A DNA stretch of 63,774 nt, the filler included, from Collodictyon triciliatum (lineage: Eukaryota), in assembly GCA_043381765.1 (NCBI GenBank). It is 6 parts of 6 records of this genome, joined end to end, with 100 filler letters (N's around TTAATTAATTAA, not from the genome) between each part and the next. Parts side by side here need not be neighbours in the genome. Positions count along the whole stretch, not along the records: positions 1 to 10,709 come from JBHJMP010000686.1; positions 10,810 to 20,280 come from JBHJMP010000687.1; 4 more parts are not named here. The stretch is one strand, 5' to 3'. Positions 1 to 13,900 of this stretch are shown here, one piece after another; position 1 is the stretch's first letter; every line of letters starts with the position of its first letter. The translations under genes and the position numbers were made by a program. The notes beneath the pieces were generated by a model that did not search any database, had not been told where the DNA came from, and worked only from the letters and a program-made list of their open reading frames with translations.

Positions 1-606
1 TGAAATGAGCTCATCATTTTGATTATAATCTTTGCAAGGAATGTGGGCGATGTTAATTACCACCCTTTTTTTGAGTGTTTGGCGGGGAGATAAACTGATG
101 CGAGAAGAATTCTTTGAGTTCATAGAAATGATCTATCAACACACGAACAAATGTGTTGTGGAGGTTCTTCATTTTAATTCATGGATGTTTTCTTCTATAC
201 TATTCAGAGCCTATGAGATGAGACATGCGGAAAGAGGCCGAGAAATAGATTAAACCTCGCCTTACCTCTCCCAAGCAAGCACAAGACCCAGGCTACAGAC
301 CCAACCGCAGGATGCAATTCCTCATCACCGACTACTTCTCCGCCACCCGGCCACCAAGAAGCGCCCATGCAAACGATGGATGGTAAATCAAGGCCAGACT
401 CATCCTTTGTTATTTGCACAAATTCAAAATAAAAAAATAGGCAATTTCGAGACAAACAAGCTGAATCTCTGGCAGCAGCAAAAAAACACCAGCGAATTGA
501 TACCTCATATGGAATGATTGCATTTTTATAATATTCTAAAATCCTCTCTAGCTCGCGAAACGAAGTGCCCACGCTCTCAAGAAATAAAGAGAAGAAAAGA
601 AAGTGG

Positions 607-952
607 AAAAAGAAAAGAAAAGAAAAGAAAAGAAAAGAAAAGAAAAGAAAAGAAAAGAAAAGAAAAGAAAAGAAAAGAAAAGGATAATAGGCCGATGTGA
701 TCAGCCAGGAACTATTCTTGTCATGCAACTCATATCCGCAAATGCGCACCATATTCCCCTCATTCCTTTCTTTTTCTTTCTTTTTCTTTCTTTTTCTTTC
801 TTTTTCTTTCTTTTTCTTTCTTTTTCTTTCTTTTTCTTTCTTTTTCTTTCTTTTTCTCTTTTTCTTTTCTTTTTTCTTTTCTTTTTTCTTTTCTTTTTTC
901 TTTTCTTTTTTCTTTTCTTTTTTCTTTTCTTTTTTCTTTTCTTTTTTCTTTC
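607..952. repeat. (AAAAG)n followed by T/C-rich simple repeats
   Basis: Tandem repeats read directly at about 607-681 and 765-952. Confidence 0.95.
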
Positions 953-1273
953 TGATCAACGGGGTTTCTGCAGTCCTAAACAACATATCCCCTCTTGCAG
1001 ATGCATTCAAACTCGTCTGTCCTCTTTGGACTAAGCTCCCCACGGCACATTCGGCTTCTTTGCCAGTGCCTCGGAACGCCGATCGACGCGGCTCAAGCCC
1101 TTCAAATCTCGCAGTTTGTCATCTCGCAGAGCCGCACAGCCCACCCGACACACGGACTTTCACAAACGCCGATACAGTCCCTGCAGCAATTCTGGTTCAC
1201 GCATCTATCGCGCGACTGCACAGACCTGCCCGCAGCCCAGTTTCTCTTCAGCCTGCTGAGCACATTCTCCTAC

Positions 1274-4200
1274 ATGGCCGAGGAAATCAGTGGGATTATG
1301 AACCAGGCATCTATTGCCGACGATGCTGATGCGAACGTGGCTCAACCATCACAAGTCAATCAGAATCAAACACAGCCACCAATATCGCAAATGCAAGAAA
1401 AAAGTATCCCCGAAAGCTCATCTGCACATCCAACGCGGGCGATATTCGATCCTTTGCGGTATACAAACTCTGTATCTTCTATGAGCACAGGGTATGCTTC
1501 GGTTTTCCAACGTGAACAGCTCGGATTCAATGGAATCTCGCAAACAAAAGCTCCACATAATGATTCATTTCCAATCTCATCAGCAGAAATGCGTAGCAAC
1601 GCTTCATCACCCGGCCTTCAAATGGACTCGAATATCAGCATACCTACACCGCCCTCTTCTGTTCTACCATCAGACTCTATCCAGGAGCGCAGCCAGAATT
1701 TGCTTTCTGTTTTAGTGGCCAATCAGTCCAACCCGATGTTGCAACGCTTCGTCCCAACAAACATATTCGATTCAATCCCACAAAACCCGCTCTTGCAAAA
1801 TAATGCTGGGGTTTCTTCTTCATCTAGTGCAGAGCAACCATTTCCTGCGTCTCTCCACCCAAACTCTGCCGCATCATCCACAAATGTATCTCCTCCGTCA
1901 TTAGCAAGTGTCAGTCACATGCCTATGCCACGTCTTCAGCGCCGTCAGATTTTGCCTTCGGCCTTTGGGTTGCCAGCTACACAACCTCCTCCATCTCCAA
2001 ATCCCCTTGCATCAGCAAACTCGATTCTTGCAGGAAATGCTGCAAATACACCATCAGTACACTTTGCTTTTCCTCCTCCGCCACAGTCTATGCTTGGAAT
2101 TGCTACTCAGAGCCCGTTGACGCCTGGCTATGACCGCGTCAACCAGACTATCATCACATCATTCCCGTCCATGAGAGACCATGCGACCAAAATTCAGATT
2201 CAGATCCCAGATGAGACTTCTCTAAACCAGACGTCAACTTTCGGCAATGCGTCGCCAATGGATGTTTCTTCGACTCGAATGGCCAGTCCGTCCATACCAG
2301 CAGAAAAAACACAAGCAGGAAACAAGCAGAACACAAATGCAGAGGTAGCAGCAGCATATTTTGATGTTGCTATGTCCGCCTTGAAAACAAATGCAGCGAC
2401 TGACACAGCTGTGCCTTTGGCGGCCATAAAGCCTCCGCCGCTTTATGAACCAGCATCGCTTACAATTTCACCACAGACTTTTACCTCGTCACAAAACGCT
2501 GCTCTAATTACTTCCAATCAGACCAGTTCTGCTGTGAATGAAATGTCGCAGGCGAGTCTTACCAGCAGGCCTGAAACTACACTTTCTACAGCTGATATTG
2601 TGTTGGGCAATATGGCAGGTAGGTCATCCAGGAGAGAGTTTGATTGGTGCGGAGAGTTTCAGATAATTTCAGACGCATTTCAAACTGCGCGATTCTGGAA
2701 TGACTACGAGGGAGAAAAAGGCATGCTTCTTGCTAATGCGGCTGCCGATTTGAGCCAACTGGCCCAGGACTTTGTGGTAGCGGCTCGCACCTACGGCACT
2801 GTAATTATCAACGAGTATTTCCTCCCTATGGATGCGAAGACTATCAAGCCTGTATCCCTTGGTGGTATTGCTGGCGGTGATAAATATCTGGTTCCATCTT
2901 CGAATATTCTCTTTAAATTGGCTTCCGACAGGTATGAATCGCACTGCATTTGCTTTTGACGTGTGTATTTGATTTATGTTTTAATTCATCACTACGAATC
3001 AAATAATGTTTCTGATTTGATTCGATTTTTTTTTTGGTGGTAAAAATTGGCCACTGCATTTTATTTTTAAAAGAATGAATCGATTTTAATGACAACATCT
3101 TTGCTCCAGACATGGGATATATGGAGGTCTTGAGAATGCACAAAAAGCTGCAAACCACGAACTCAGATCTTTGATTGCAATTTACAATTCTGCCGTTCCC
3201 GGTATTCACGTCCCACTAATGGCCATTATCAACCATCGTGGTCTTCGATTGGTATGTATTGCATCTCGATTTACTTGTCTTAATTTTAACAAAGTGGTGT
3301 ATTTTCTTACAAAACCCTTAAATCAAATCATCAATATTTTATTGAAAATGATTGAATAATTAAGATTGCAGAAACATTGGTCCCGGTCAGAGGGTCTGAG
3401 AGCTTACATTACGGCTCTTGTGACCAAGGTTCCTTATATACTTTATGTTATTGCCTTTGTTTATTTGTTTATTTGTTTATTTGTTTATTTGTTTATTTGT
3501 TTATTTGTTTATTTGTTTATTTGTTTATTTGTTTATTTGTTTATTTGTTTATTTNNNNNNNNNNNNNNNNNNNNNNNNNNNNNNNNNNNNNNNNNNNNNN
3601 NNNNNNNNNNNNNNNNNNNNNNNNNNNNNNNNNNNNNNNNNNNNNNNNNNNNNNTTTGTTTATTTGTTTATTTGTTTATTTGTTTATTTGTTTATTTGTT
3701 TATTTGTTTATTTGTTTATTTGTTTATTTGTTTATTTGTTTATTTGTTTATTTGTTTATTTGTTTATTTGTTTATCTGTTTATCTGTTTATTTGTTTATT
3801 TGTTTATTTGTTTATTTGTTTATTTGTTTATTTGTTTATTTGTTTATTTGCGTATTTGCGTATTTGGTTTATTTATTTATTTTGTTTTCGTCTTTCCTAA
3901 ATATTTTTTATTTTCCATCCTTTATTTGATTCAAAGTTCAAGAGGTTAAAGCTCAAGATATTTATTTTTTAAATTAAATATAGGGCGCACCGTGCGTGCG
4001 GAAATACCAGACCTTAACGAAAAAATGGAGCTTCTTGGTCGCTCATTAAACCTGAAGGCATACAGCTACAAGGGGAAAATGATGCATTTGTGTACTGATA
4101 TCGAGGCACATAAGGTAAAAGATCATACCTATCTACAAATACCCCCCATACTCTGGTATCAGCTAGGATAGTATTATTTTTTTAATGAGTTTCATCATGA

Positions 4201-6808
4201 CTACACCAGTACCCAAACAATTGATAAGGCTTTCCTCCTATTTTAATATTAAAGGGTCTCGATGGTAGATACTATTTATTGGACTTTGCTCGGGTTTTCC
4301 CGCCTTGTTTTGCCCCTCGTGGTGTTTCCTCAAATCCAAGCGAGCGCTCGCGTTCGACAAACGCCACTTCCACTCATATGTATGCATTACTTCGGCCATC
4401 CTATGTGAGGTCATACTCTGTGCCGCTTTGTAGTGAAGGTCTTTCACAGATGCAGGACCCTTCAGACGTCACGAAGCATTCTGACGGACTTTTGGTAACC
4501 ACTTTTTTTTATTTTTATTTTTTTTACGTAATATGAATGAACATGAAATGTTCTCTTATACAACCAATTTTTTTTAAATAAAAAAATCACAAGTGAATTT
4601 TGGTTTATTTTCTATGTTGGATTCTTGTTGACAAAATGTAAAAACTTTGAGCTAAAAAAAAAGTAATATTATCACTGAAATTAGTATCAATATTATGTGC
4701 ACATCATGGTTTGCAGAAAGCAACGATGCATTTGTTTGAAAGCAGGATACCAAAGATGGCAGAAGACCTCGAGGGAATGTCAGAGGACACGCCCTCCAAA
4801 TATCCTCTCGAATTCAATCTCACCGAACAAATGCATCGTAGAGGAATCAATATTCATATGCTTGGAATATTACTTCAGGTGTAAATTTGTTGTGGAATCC
4901 GAATGTGTATGCCTATATATTGAAACAATACCCTAACCTGCAACCCTTTTAGTTTTTGGCTTGAATAGACCAATTTTCATCCTTCTGGACTCTTTAAAAA
5001 TTAAATGAATAGATTCTTTTTCTTAATCCCCACATATGCATGGGAATAATGAAATATCTATTCAAGATTATTTTTTTACATGCAGAATTGTAGGACCGAA
5101 GTGTGGAAGAATACGGTTGTATATGAAATGATTGCCAGAATCACAAAGTCCAACGCACGAAAGCAGATGAGATCTCAGATGGAGCTTCATGTGTGAAACC
5201 AAACATCGACTATACTTTTTACAATATCTAAACCCATCAATATACTCAGCAGTGTACGGAAACAAATAATCATAAGGGCTTCACACACAATTCATCCTAA
5301 TACAGAGTCGAATGAGCGATGTCGCCGCAAGGAGCACGTTTGCCAATGTTTTGACTCTTGCCCTATTCAATCACAAAGCTGTCAGAAGTGCCACCTTTGA
5401 CCAAAGGACACGATACCGAAAGGAAGTAGATAGCTCCACCGATTTCTGGGAAAATGTGTTGCCAAAGTAAAAGCCTCATACAATCCAGATTACATGATAA
5501 TTCAATATTCTAGTACATAAAGAGTATTTCATACATATTTAATTTTTTCTCCTATCAAACCAAAATGTGATTGCGTTGCTTCCAACCCTCTGATTCTGAT
5601 TATAGCGAAATGATGAAAAAGTTTTTGATGCTCAAGTCTGGAAAGCTTGTCGAAGGAGAGAAGCGCTTCTGGGTTAAAGTTTGTCGAGACCTTAGCAACA
5701 AGCTCGACAGACCGAAACTTTTTTCGCGAATTATTCAAATGCTTGAGGTGGTTCTAACAGAATCTTGCATAGAGAAGAGATTTACTCAGGTGCGTTTATC
5801 ATATTGTCTCCTATAGGGAATGCTCTTCAGAATTCATTATGTGTTTGCGATGGAAACTTTCTTTTCTTGCAAAAATTAATAATGATGCAATGTAAACGAA
5901 TTGAAATGAGCATAGAATGAGTACACCACTCCATTCCATGCGACTGAGATTGCTGAACTTCCTGCACAAGTAATAAATAATATCTAATTTAAATCGGCTG
6001 TTATTTTCGTTATATCCAGATTTTAATTATTGCCTTTATATAAATAAAATAACAAAAATAGATATCCCACATGAACCTTGTCACACAAGCGTCAGGTGTC
6101 ATGTTACTTGCCCAGGTCTTGTCTCCGATTTAGTACATTTTTAGAACAATACGCTGGGCTATTGCCTATTGATTTGTTTGTTATTATACTCATGTGCTCA
6201 AGTAACCACTGATATTGCATCCTGGCGTACCAGCAATTGAAGATATGATGTGTTTGCTATTATAGGCGCTTCAAATGAAAGGCTCAACTTGCTTGCTCAC
6301 TTTGAATATGGCCATTCAAAAGCTCGAGGATGCATGTCCATACTTCCAGTATAGCCACGCTATGTTTTTTGACCTTGCAAGTGCATACTATGCCCTCGGC
6401 ATCCGTGAGAAAGGAGAGGCTGCCAGAAAGAATTTGGATATAGCCATATGTACCTCTATCAACCTACGCATGCTCTTGATATATTTGAACTATTTTTCTT
6501 TCCTTTTTTTCTGAATGAATGGATAGTTCGCCTTTCATACATGTATAAATACTTATGTCGCTGTATTGATGCTGTAATTACGTAATCAGCAAAACTAGAA
6601 GAGGCCAACCACCTTCAGGAAGACCACGCTCCCTATGTTGAGTCCCTTATTGGATGCAAAAAAGCAAAGGACCACATCCACTGGAAACACGCAGGCACTC
6701 TCCAAGGCCACGAGGCTTCTGTCGAGTCTCTTATTCCATTACCAGGGAAAAGGATATTGAGCGGCAGTCGAGACGGCACAATGCGTGTATGGAATATCGA
6801 AACGTGAG

Positions 6809-6859
<51 letters not shown>

Positions 6860-7774
6860 GCAATCAAGCAAGCAATCAAGCAAGCAATCATTGAAGCGCC
6901 ACTCTAACCAACCGGTTCAAACAGACTCAAGGAGGAGCATCAATGGAAAGCGTACGATGTGCCCATCTGGAATATGCAGCTGATGCCAACACATGGAGAC
7001 ACCCAAGCAGCCGCATCACCCCGCATCGCCACCAGCAGCGGCAGCACAGACCGACCAACAAGCATGGTGAAGCTTTGGAGCATCTCAACAGAAGAGACAT
7101 GGACATCGGAGACCGACCCGCTCCTGACTTTTGTGGAGCTGCCAAGAAGCCCCGTTGTCCGCGCCCTCACCCCATGGGACGAAGCCCGCGTCTATTGCGG
7201 AGACGAGACCGGGAAAGTCTCTGCCGTGGACTTTGAGCGAGGCCTGGTGATTCAGGAGTGGACAGCGCATCAATCCACAGTCTCTGCCTTGCACCGAGCC
7301 GGGGCCGGAAGCGAGACGTATCAGCACCAGCTGCTTCTGAGCACATCGCGTGACCAGCACATTCGCGGCTGGGACATGCGGATAACGGCGCAGGACAAGC
7401 CCGCTGTTTGGAGTCTCTCGTTTTCAGACTCTATCCACTATATGAAGATGCAGGATGCAAACACTGCTTTGCTTGCTCTTAATAGCGGCGACCTTGCCTG
7501 GGTCGATATCCGCAACACAAGCAAAGCACTCTGTCGTCGCACAATACACATCGGCGCAGTTTTGTCGTTTTGTCTGCATCCCACCCGCAACTACATGGCC
7601 ACGGTCTCGTCTGACCATTCGGTGCGCTTGGTGGACTTGGAGTCTCGCCGGTGCATGAAAATCCTGTCGCATCACGCAGATACAGTTTGGTCTGTGGCGT
7701 GGCTCTCGGAGCTGGGAATGTGGTCCACAGGCAGCCGCGACCGGACAGTGGCTTTGTTTAGCAATTTTGATTGA
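1274..7774 (+). CDS. CLU (clustered mitochondria/TIF31)-domain protein with long S/P/Q-rich N-terminus, helical TPR-like segment and C-terminal WD40 repeats; 14 exons
   Basis: GT-AG splicing gives a continuous frame with CLU motifs GGIAGGDKY, AQKAANHELRSL, GLDGRYYLLDFARVFPP, LLRP, MHRRGINIHMLG and EMIAR. It then gives WD repeats (LQGHEASVESL...SGSRDGTMRVWN, HADTVWSVAW...TGSRDRTV) and a TGA at 7772-7774. Start taken as ATG 1274; the frame is open from 995. Confidence 0.85.
3456..3860. repeat. Intronic (TTTATTTG)n spanning an N gap
   Basis: Octamer tandem repeat inside a CLU gene intron. Confidence 0.95.
6809..6890. repeat. Intronic (CAAT)n/(CAAG)n
   Basis: Tetranucleotide repeat in intron 6804-6924. 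Confidence 0.9.
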
Positions 7775-7803
7775 GACTCGTTTTTTTTTTTTTTTGTTTC
7801 TCA

Positions 7804-7822
7804 TATTTTTCGTTTTCCGTTG

Positions 7823-7905
<83 letters not shown>

Positions 7906-7930
7906 NCTTCTCTTTTTTTTTTTCTTTTTT
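7804..7930. repeat. Poly-T tract
   Basis: About 100-nt homopolymer just after the stop codon. Confidence 0.9.
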
Positions 7931-8257
7931 CCGCCTCATGTTTTCTTTCTATTTTTCATTTTTCTCATCGTATGCATGTCTCTTGGCGAAATATCCAGCG
8001 TCATTGTGCACCCTAAGTTAAAAATATTGGTTGTTTAAAGCGCTAAGCGGGAGTTAACGCCGGTCCGTAAAATAAATCAATTATATTTAATGATGTTTTC
8101 CTATATGCCAAGTGAATAATGTATATGTAAGGCATCGAATAGAACGAGTCTGGACAAAAGCTGCCCAGAAGATTTATTATTAATGTGATTTCGTATGTTA
8201 TCAAAAAACAGAGCCATAATTCACAATGCTAGGAGAATGGTTTATAGACATTTGTGT

Positions 8258-10527
<2,270 letters not shown>

Positions 10528-10636
10528 CTTGAGTTGTAATTGTTTTTTTAAGGGCATGTACTTTGGATAAAGGGGTGCACAGTAATATTTAAGGGTTTCT
10601 CATCCGTAACATACATAAGCTTACATCAGTGGTGGG

Positions 10637-10637
<1 letters not shown>

Positions 10638-10709
<72 letters not shown>

Positions 10710-10809
10710 NNNNNNNNNNNNNNNNNNNNNNNNNNNNNNNNNNNNNNNNNNNNTTAATTAATTAANNNNNNNNNNNNNNNNNNNNNNNNNNNNNNNNNNN
10801 NNNNNNNNN

Positions 10810-10866
<57 letters not shown>

Positions 10867-10908
10867 CATTATTATCATTATTATCATTATTATCATTATT
10901 ATCATTAT
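10638..10908. repeat. (ATT)n and (ATTATCATT)n at the two scaffold ends flanking a linker
   Basis: Trinucleotide repeats. Confidence 0.9.
10710..10809. other. Artificial scaffold linker
   Basis: N44-TTAATTAATTAA-N44, with stops in all six frames; genes are truncated on both sides. Confidence 0.97.
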
Positions 10909-10947
10909 GCTTATCATCCTTGGTTTTATCATCCATCCAAACCGCAG

Positions 10948-13900
10948 ACGCCAAACTCTGGCGGAATCCTTCCTGCAACAGGGTCCACTCACCATTACTC
11001 GGTCACGAAAATCGTCAAGAAACTCACGTCCACAGGCGCAGAATCTCCCTTCGAAAATAAGATGGTTTCTCCACTCGCTTTGTCGCTTGGTTTGTCTCCA
11101 AAGGTGAATGGGCTATGATTTTTAGATTCATCACTTTTTGTATCCACTATTATGTTACAACTTTTTAATTTTATTCAATTGTATTCCATTCCATCAGTTT
11201 TTAGAATTATGCGAAATTTTTTGAGACAGCTTGATTACTTGGAATTGTGCATGATAATATTTTTTCTTTTCGATATATATCATTTGTACCTCTGGATACC
11301 TCTATTTTCGCTCACTCTTTTCCATCTGTCGGCGTGGAGAAGCCTCCGCAAATTAATCAAGTGAGTCATTACCAGTATCTGCACTGTACTTTTCTTATAT
11401 TGGTGCTGCTGTTCTCTTCTCTGTCATGATTAATGCAAATATCTGCTCTGGTATCCTTTTCAATTTTATGGTTACCTCACTATGAATTTCTGTTTCAGGT
11501 CCGTGATGTCTCTTTCCTGACAGACCGCCAGCACCATGGATACCTTCCATCTGCACGAGGAAGAAACCCGAACGAGCGTGCCGTCAACATCCCTCCCTCC
11601 AGAGTCCCCAAAGATTACTACGTGACTGAAATATGCAGTTTGTCCACACGTCTATTATCATCTATCATTTCGTTATTCATTTCGTTATTCATTTCGCCAT
11701 TGTCAAGTAATTGCTCTGAAGCCATGAACTAAACATAATTATCCGTTCCATGTCTTTCAGCGAATCCACAGAACAATGCGAGTGCTATATGGGATGGTCT
11801 GTTCTCTTCAAATCCTCACGGGAATACTCGTCACTCTAAACTATCATCTCAAATTATTAGAAGAGTCCAGGATGTGGAAACAAGTCGCTTTTCCATCATT
11901 GGTGCCATCTGGAAGATCAGAGGTCGTGAAAAAAATAATCACATCTGTCGCCTGTTTATAGCTCTTCCCACCTCTTCTTTTTTTTTTTTTTTTTTACCAA
12001 GCAAATACCATTCAACCCTCAAATCCTTATATGAACTACATCAATCAGCCATCAACAACACATAAACAAATAACATATCATAACTTTGCAGGTCGTCTTG
12101 CTTGAAGATTGCTACGAGAAGATGCTCTCAGATTGGGAAGCCAAAACAAAAGAAAAGAACCACGACACCCGCAACCTCACTCTGGGTACTGAACACAGCT
12201 ATAACCATATTTTGCTCAATTTTGCAATCTACGCAACATGCCATGATATGCATATTTTAGGAGCTTTTGTACTGCCACATTTATCCTCTTATATTGGAAT
12301 AGATGATTTTGATTCAGCCAAAAAGATATACTTGATTTGCTTCGTTGAAATTGTCCGACAGGTATTTCAAAATTAATCCATGCAAAGCCCATAAATTATT
12401 TTTTTTGTTCAGGGAGCTGCCGATTGATATCATCTCTTACACTCTTCTGAATCAACTCCATCAATATTCTCCCAGATAAGTGTCCATTGTGTTGAAAGAG
12501 GTCGTTTGTTGACTCGACTCTGGAACGCATTTGTTGGAATGAACGACCATCAACTGCAAGTACATTTTATCGATGCTAAACAATATTAATAGCCATTTTA
12601 GATGTCCTCGATGAGAAAGTTCCCATTCTTTAATAAACACTTTCCACCCAATTAGTATATTGTTTCGTTAATGGACAAACTTCGCGGTCAACTAGGCGAC
12701 TGTAGGGCTTTTTCTCTCTTCTATTTAAAAATGTAACCTCTGCCGTGTGTGTCTTTTGATATGCTTCTTTTTTTTTTTTTTTTTTTTTTTTTTGGCATCG
12801 AGGCTTTTCCTGTTACGCACTTTCAAAACTGTTAACATCATAGTACACGCTGAATACTCTAAAATTTGTGCCGAATGCGAGGATTTGAAGCGCAGACACG
12901 CAGACGAGATTGAAAAAATGACAAGAATACTAGAGGAGTATCCCTTTTTTCACTCCTTTCTTTTGACTCAAAAAATGCGTGCTATGCTTATAATTCGATA
13001 TCTCGGCTAATACATCGATGTTGAACGATAATTGCATAGATCTCATAAAACCGAAAACACCCTTGTAAAAAAAATCGACGAATTAAGCGCAATGAATAAA
13101 GAAAATGACGGGTGCAAGGTTCGTTCCTCTTGAATTGCCTATCACATGTCCTTTCAGATAGCCCGCTGTGCATACGTCAGAGTGGCCACATAAAGGAGTA
13201 TAACTCGATCCTTATCCCAAATAATGATACAGGACGAAAATGCTCGGTTAAGGGACGCACTGCAACGGTATCAGGAACTCATGGAAAGACTCCGTTGGTT
13301 TATTAAATAATAACAAAGTCTCCAAAAAAAATATGAAAGAAAACAACCTTCGTATACATACTAAAGATTTATTTCAACTATGTGTGCTTGTATGGTTAAT
13401 GTCTTTTGAGATAACCACTGCCAAGATAATCAGACTTTTTGACTGAGAGAAGCTACTATCTCATTTAGATGATTATATCAGCACGATTAAAGATTCATCT
13501 ACCGACCACGGATATCAGTTTCCAACAATACCGAGCTCAGATTCAAGCCTTAACATGGAGTCTAACACGTATGATAATTCAAAAATATTGGAACCCTCAC
13601 TTTTGCAAAGTCAAACGCCTCGTTTCTTGCATACTTTTTTGAATTTGACGTCGCATTTAATCTTCGGTCACTCTTAGTGGACTCTATTCTCGATTTGGAA
13701 CCTACTTGAAGGATTTGGAATACTTGAAAGGATTCAGCAAAAACTTGAAACACAAGAATGAAACAGAGGCCGCTGCCAAAGTGGAGAGACAAAACCATTG
13801 GGAGCAAGTCAACCAAGCACTTTTGGATGGTAATATATAACAAAAACAAGTAGAATAGCACCACAGCAATTTTTCTGGAGCGCATATGTCTGGGATTAGA

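Noticed and set aside
1-400. Possible exons at the window start
   Set aside because: Splice-like signals exist on both strands, but no consistent frame or recognisable protein could be built.
204-1329. Poly-K/E, poly-F, (FICLFVYL)n, (YI)n and similar long ORFs here and throughout the track
   Set aside because: Translations of microsatellites and N gaps.
5562-5605. In-frame TGA before ORF 5571
   Set aside because: It lies in an intron; the acceptor at TATAG (about 5605) gives VLPNEMMKKF.
6527-6600. Apparent in-frame TAA (6583-6585) suggesting stop-codon reassignment
   Set aside because: A single GT-AG intron 6450-6589 removes it and gives DIAISKLEEA. Long Gln-rich exons use only CAA/CAG, and TAA, TAG and TGA all end genes.
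10754-10765. Recurrent palindromic TTAATTAATTAA
   Set aside because: Always centred in 100-nt N blocks; an artificial six-frame stop linker.
11451-11460. Perfect U12 donor GTATCCTTTT
   Set aside because: Inside intron 11361-11498, not needed for the frame, and with no properly spaced branch site.
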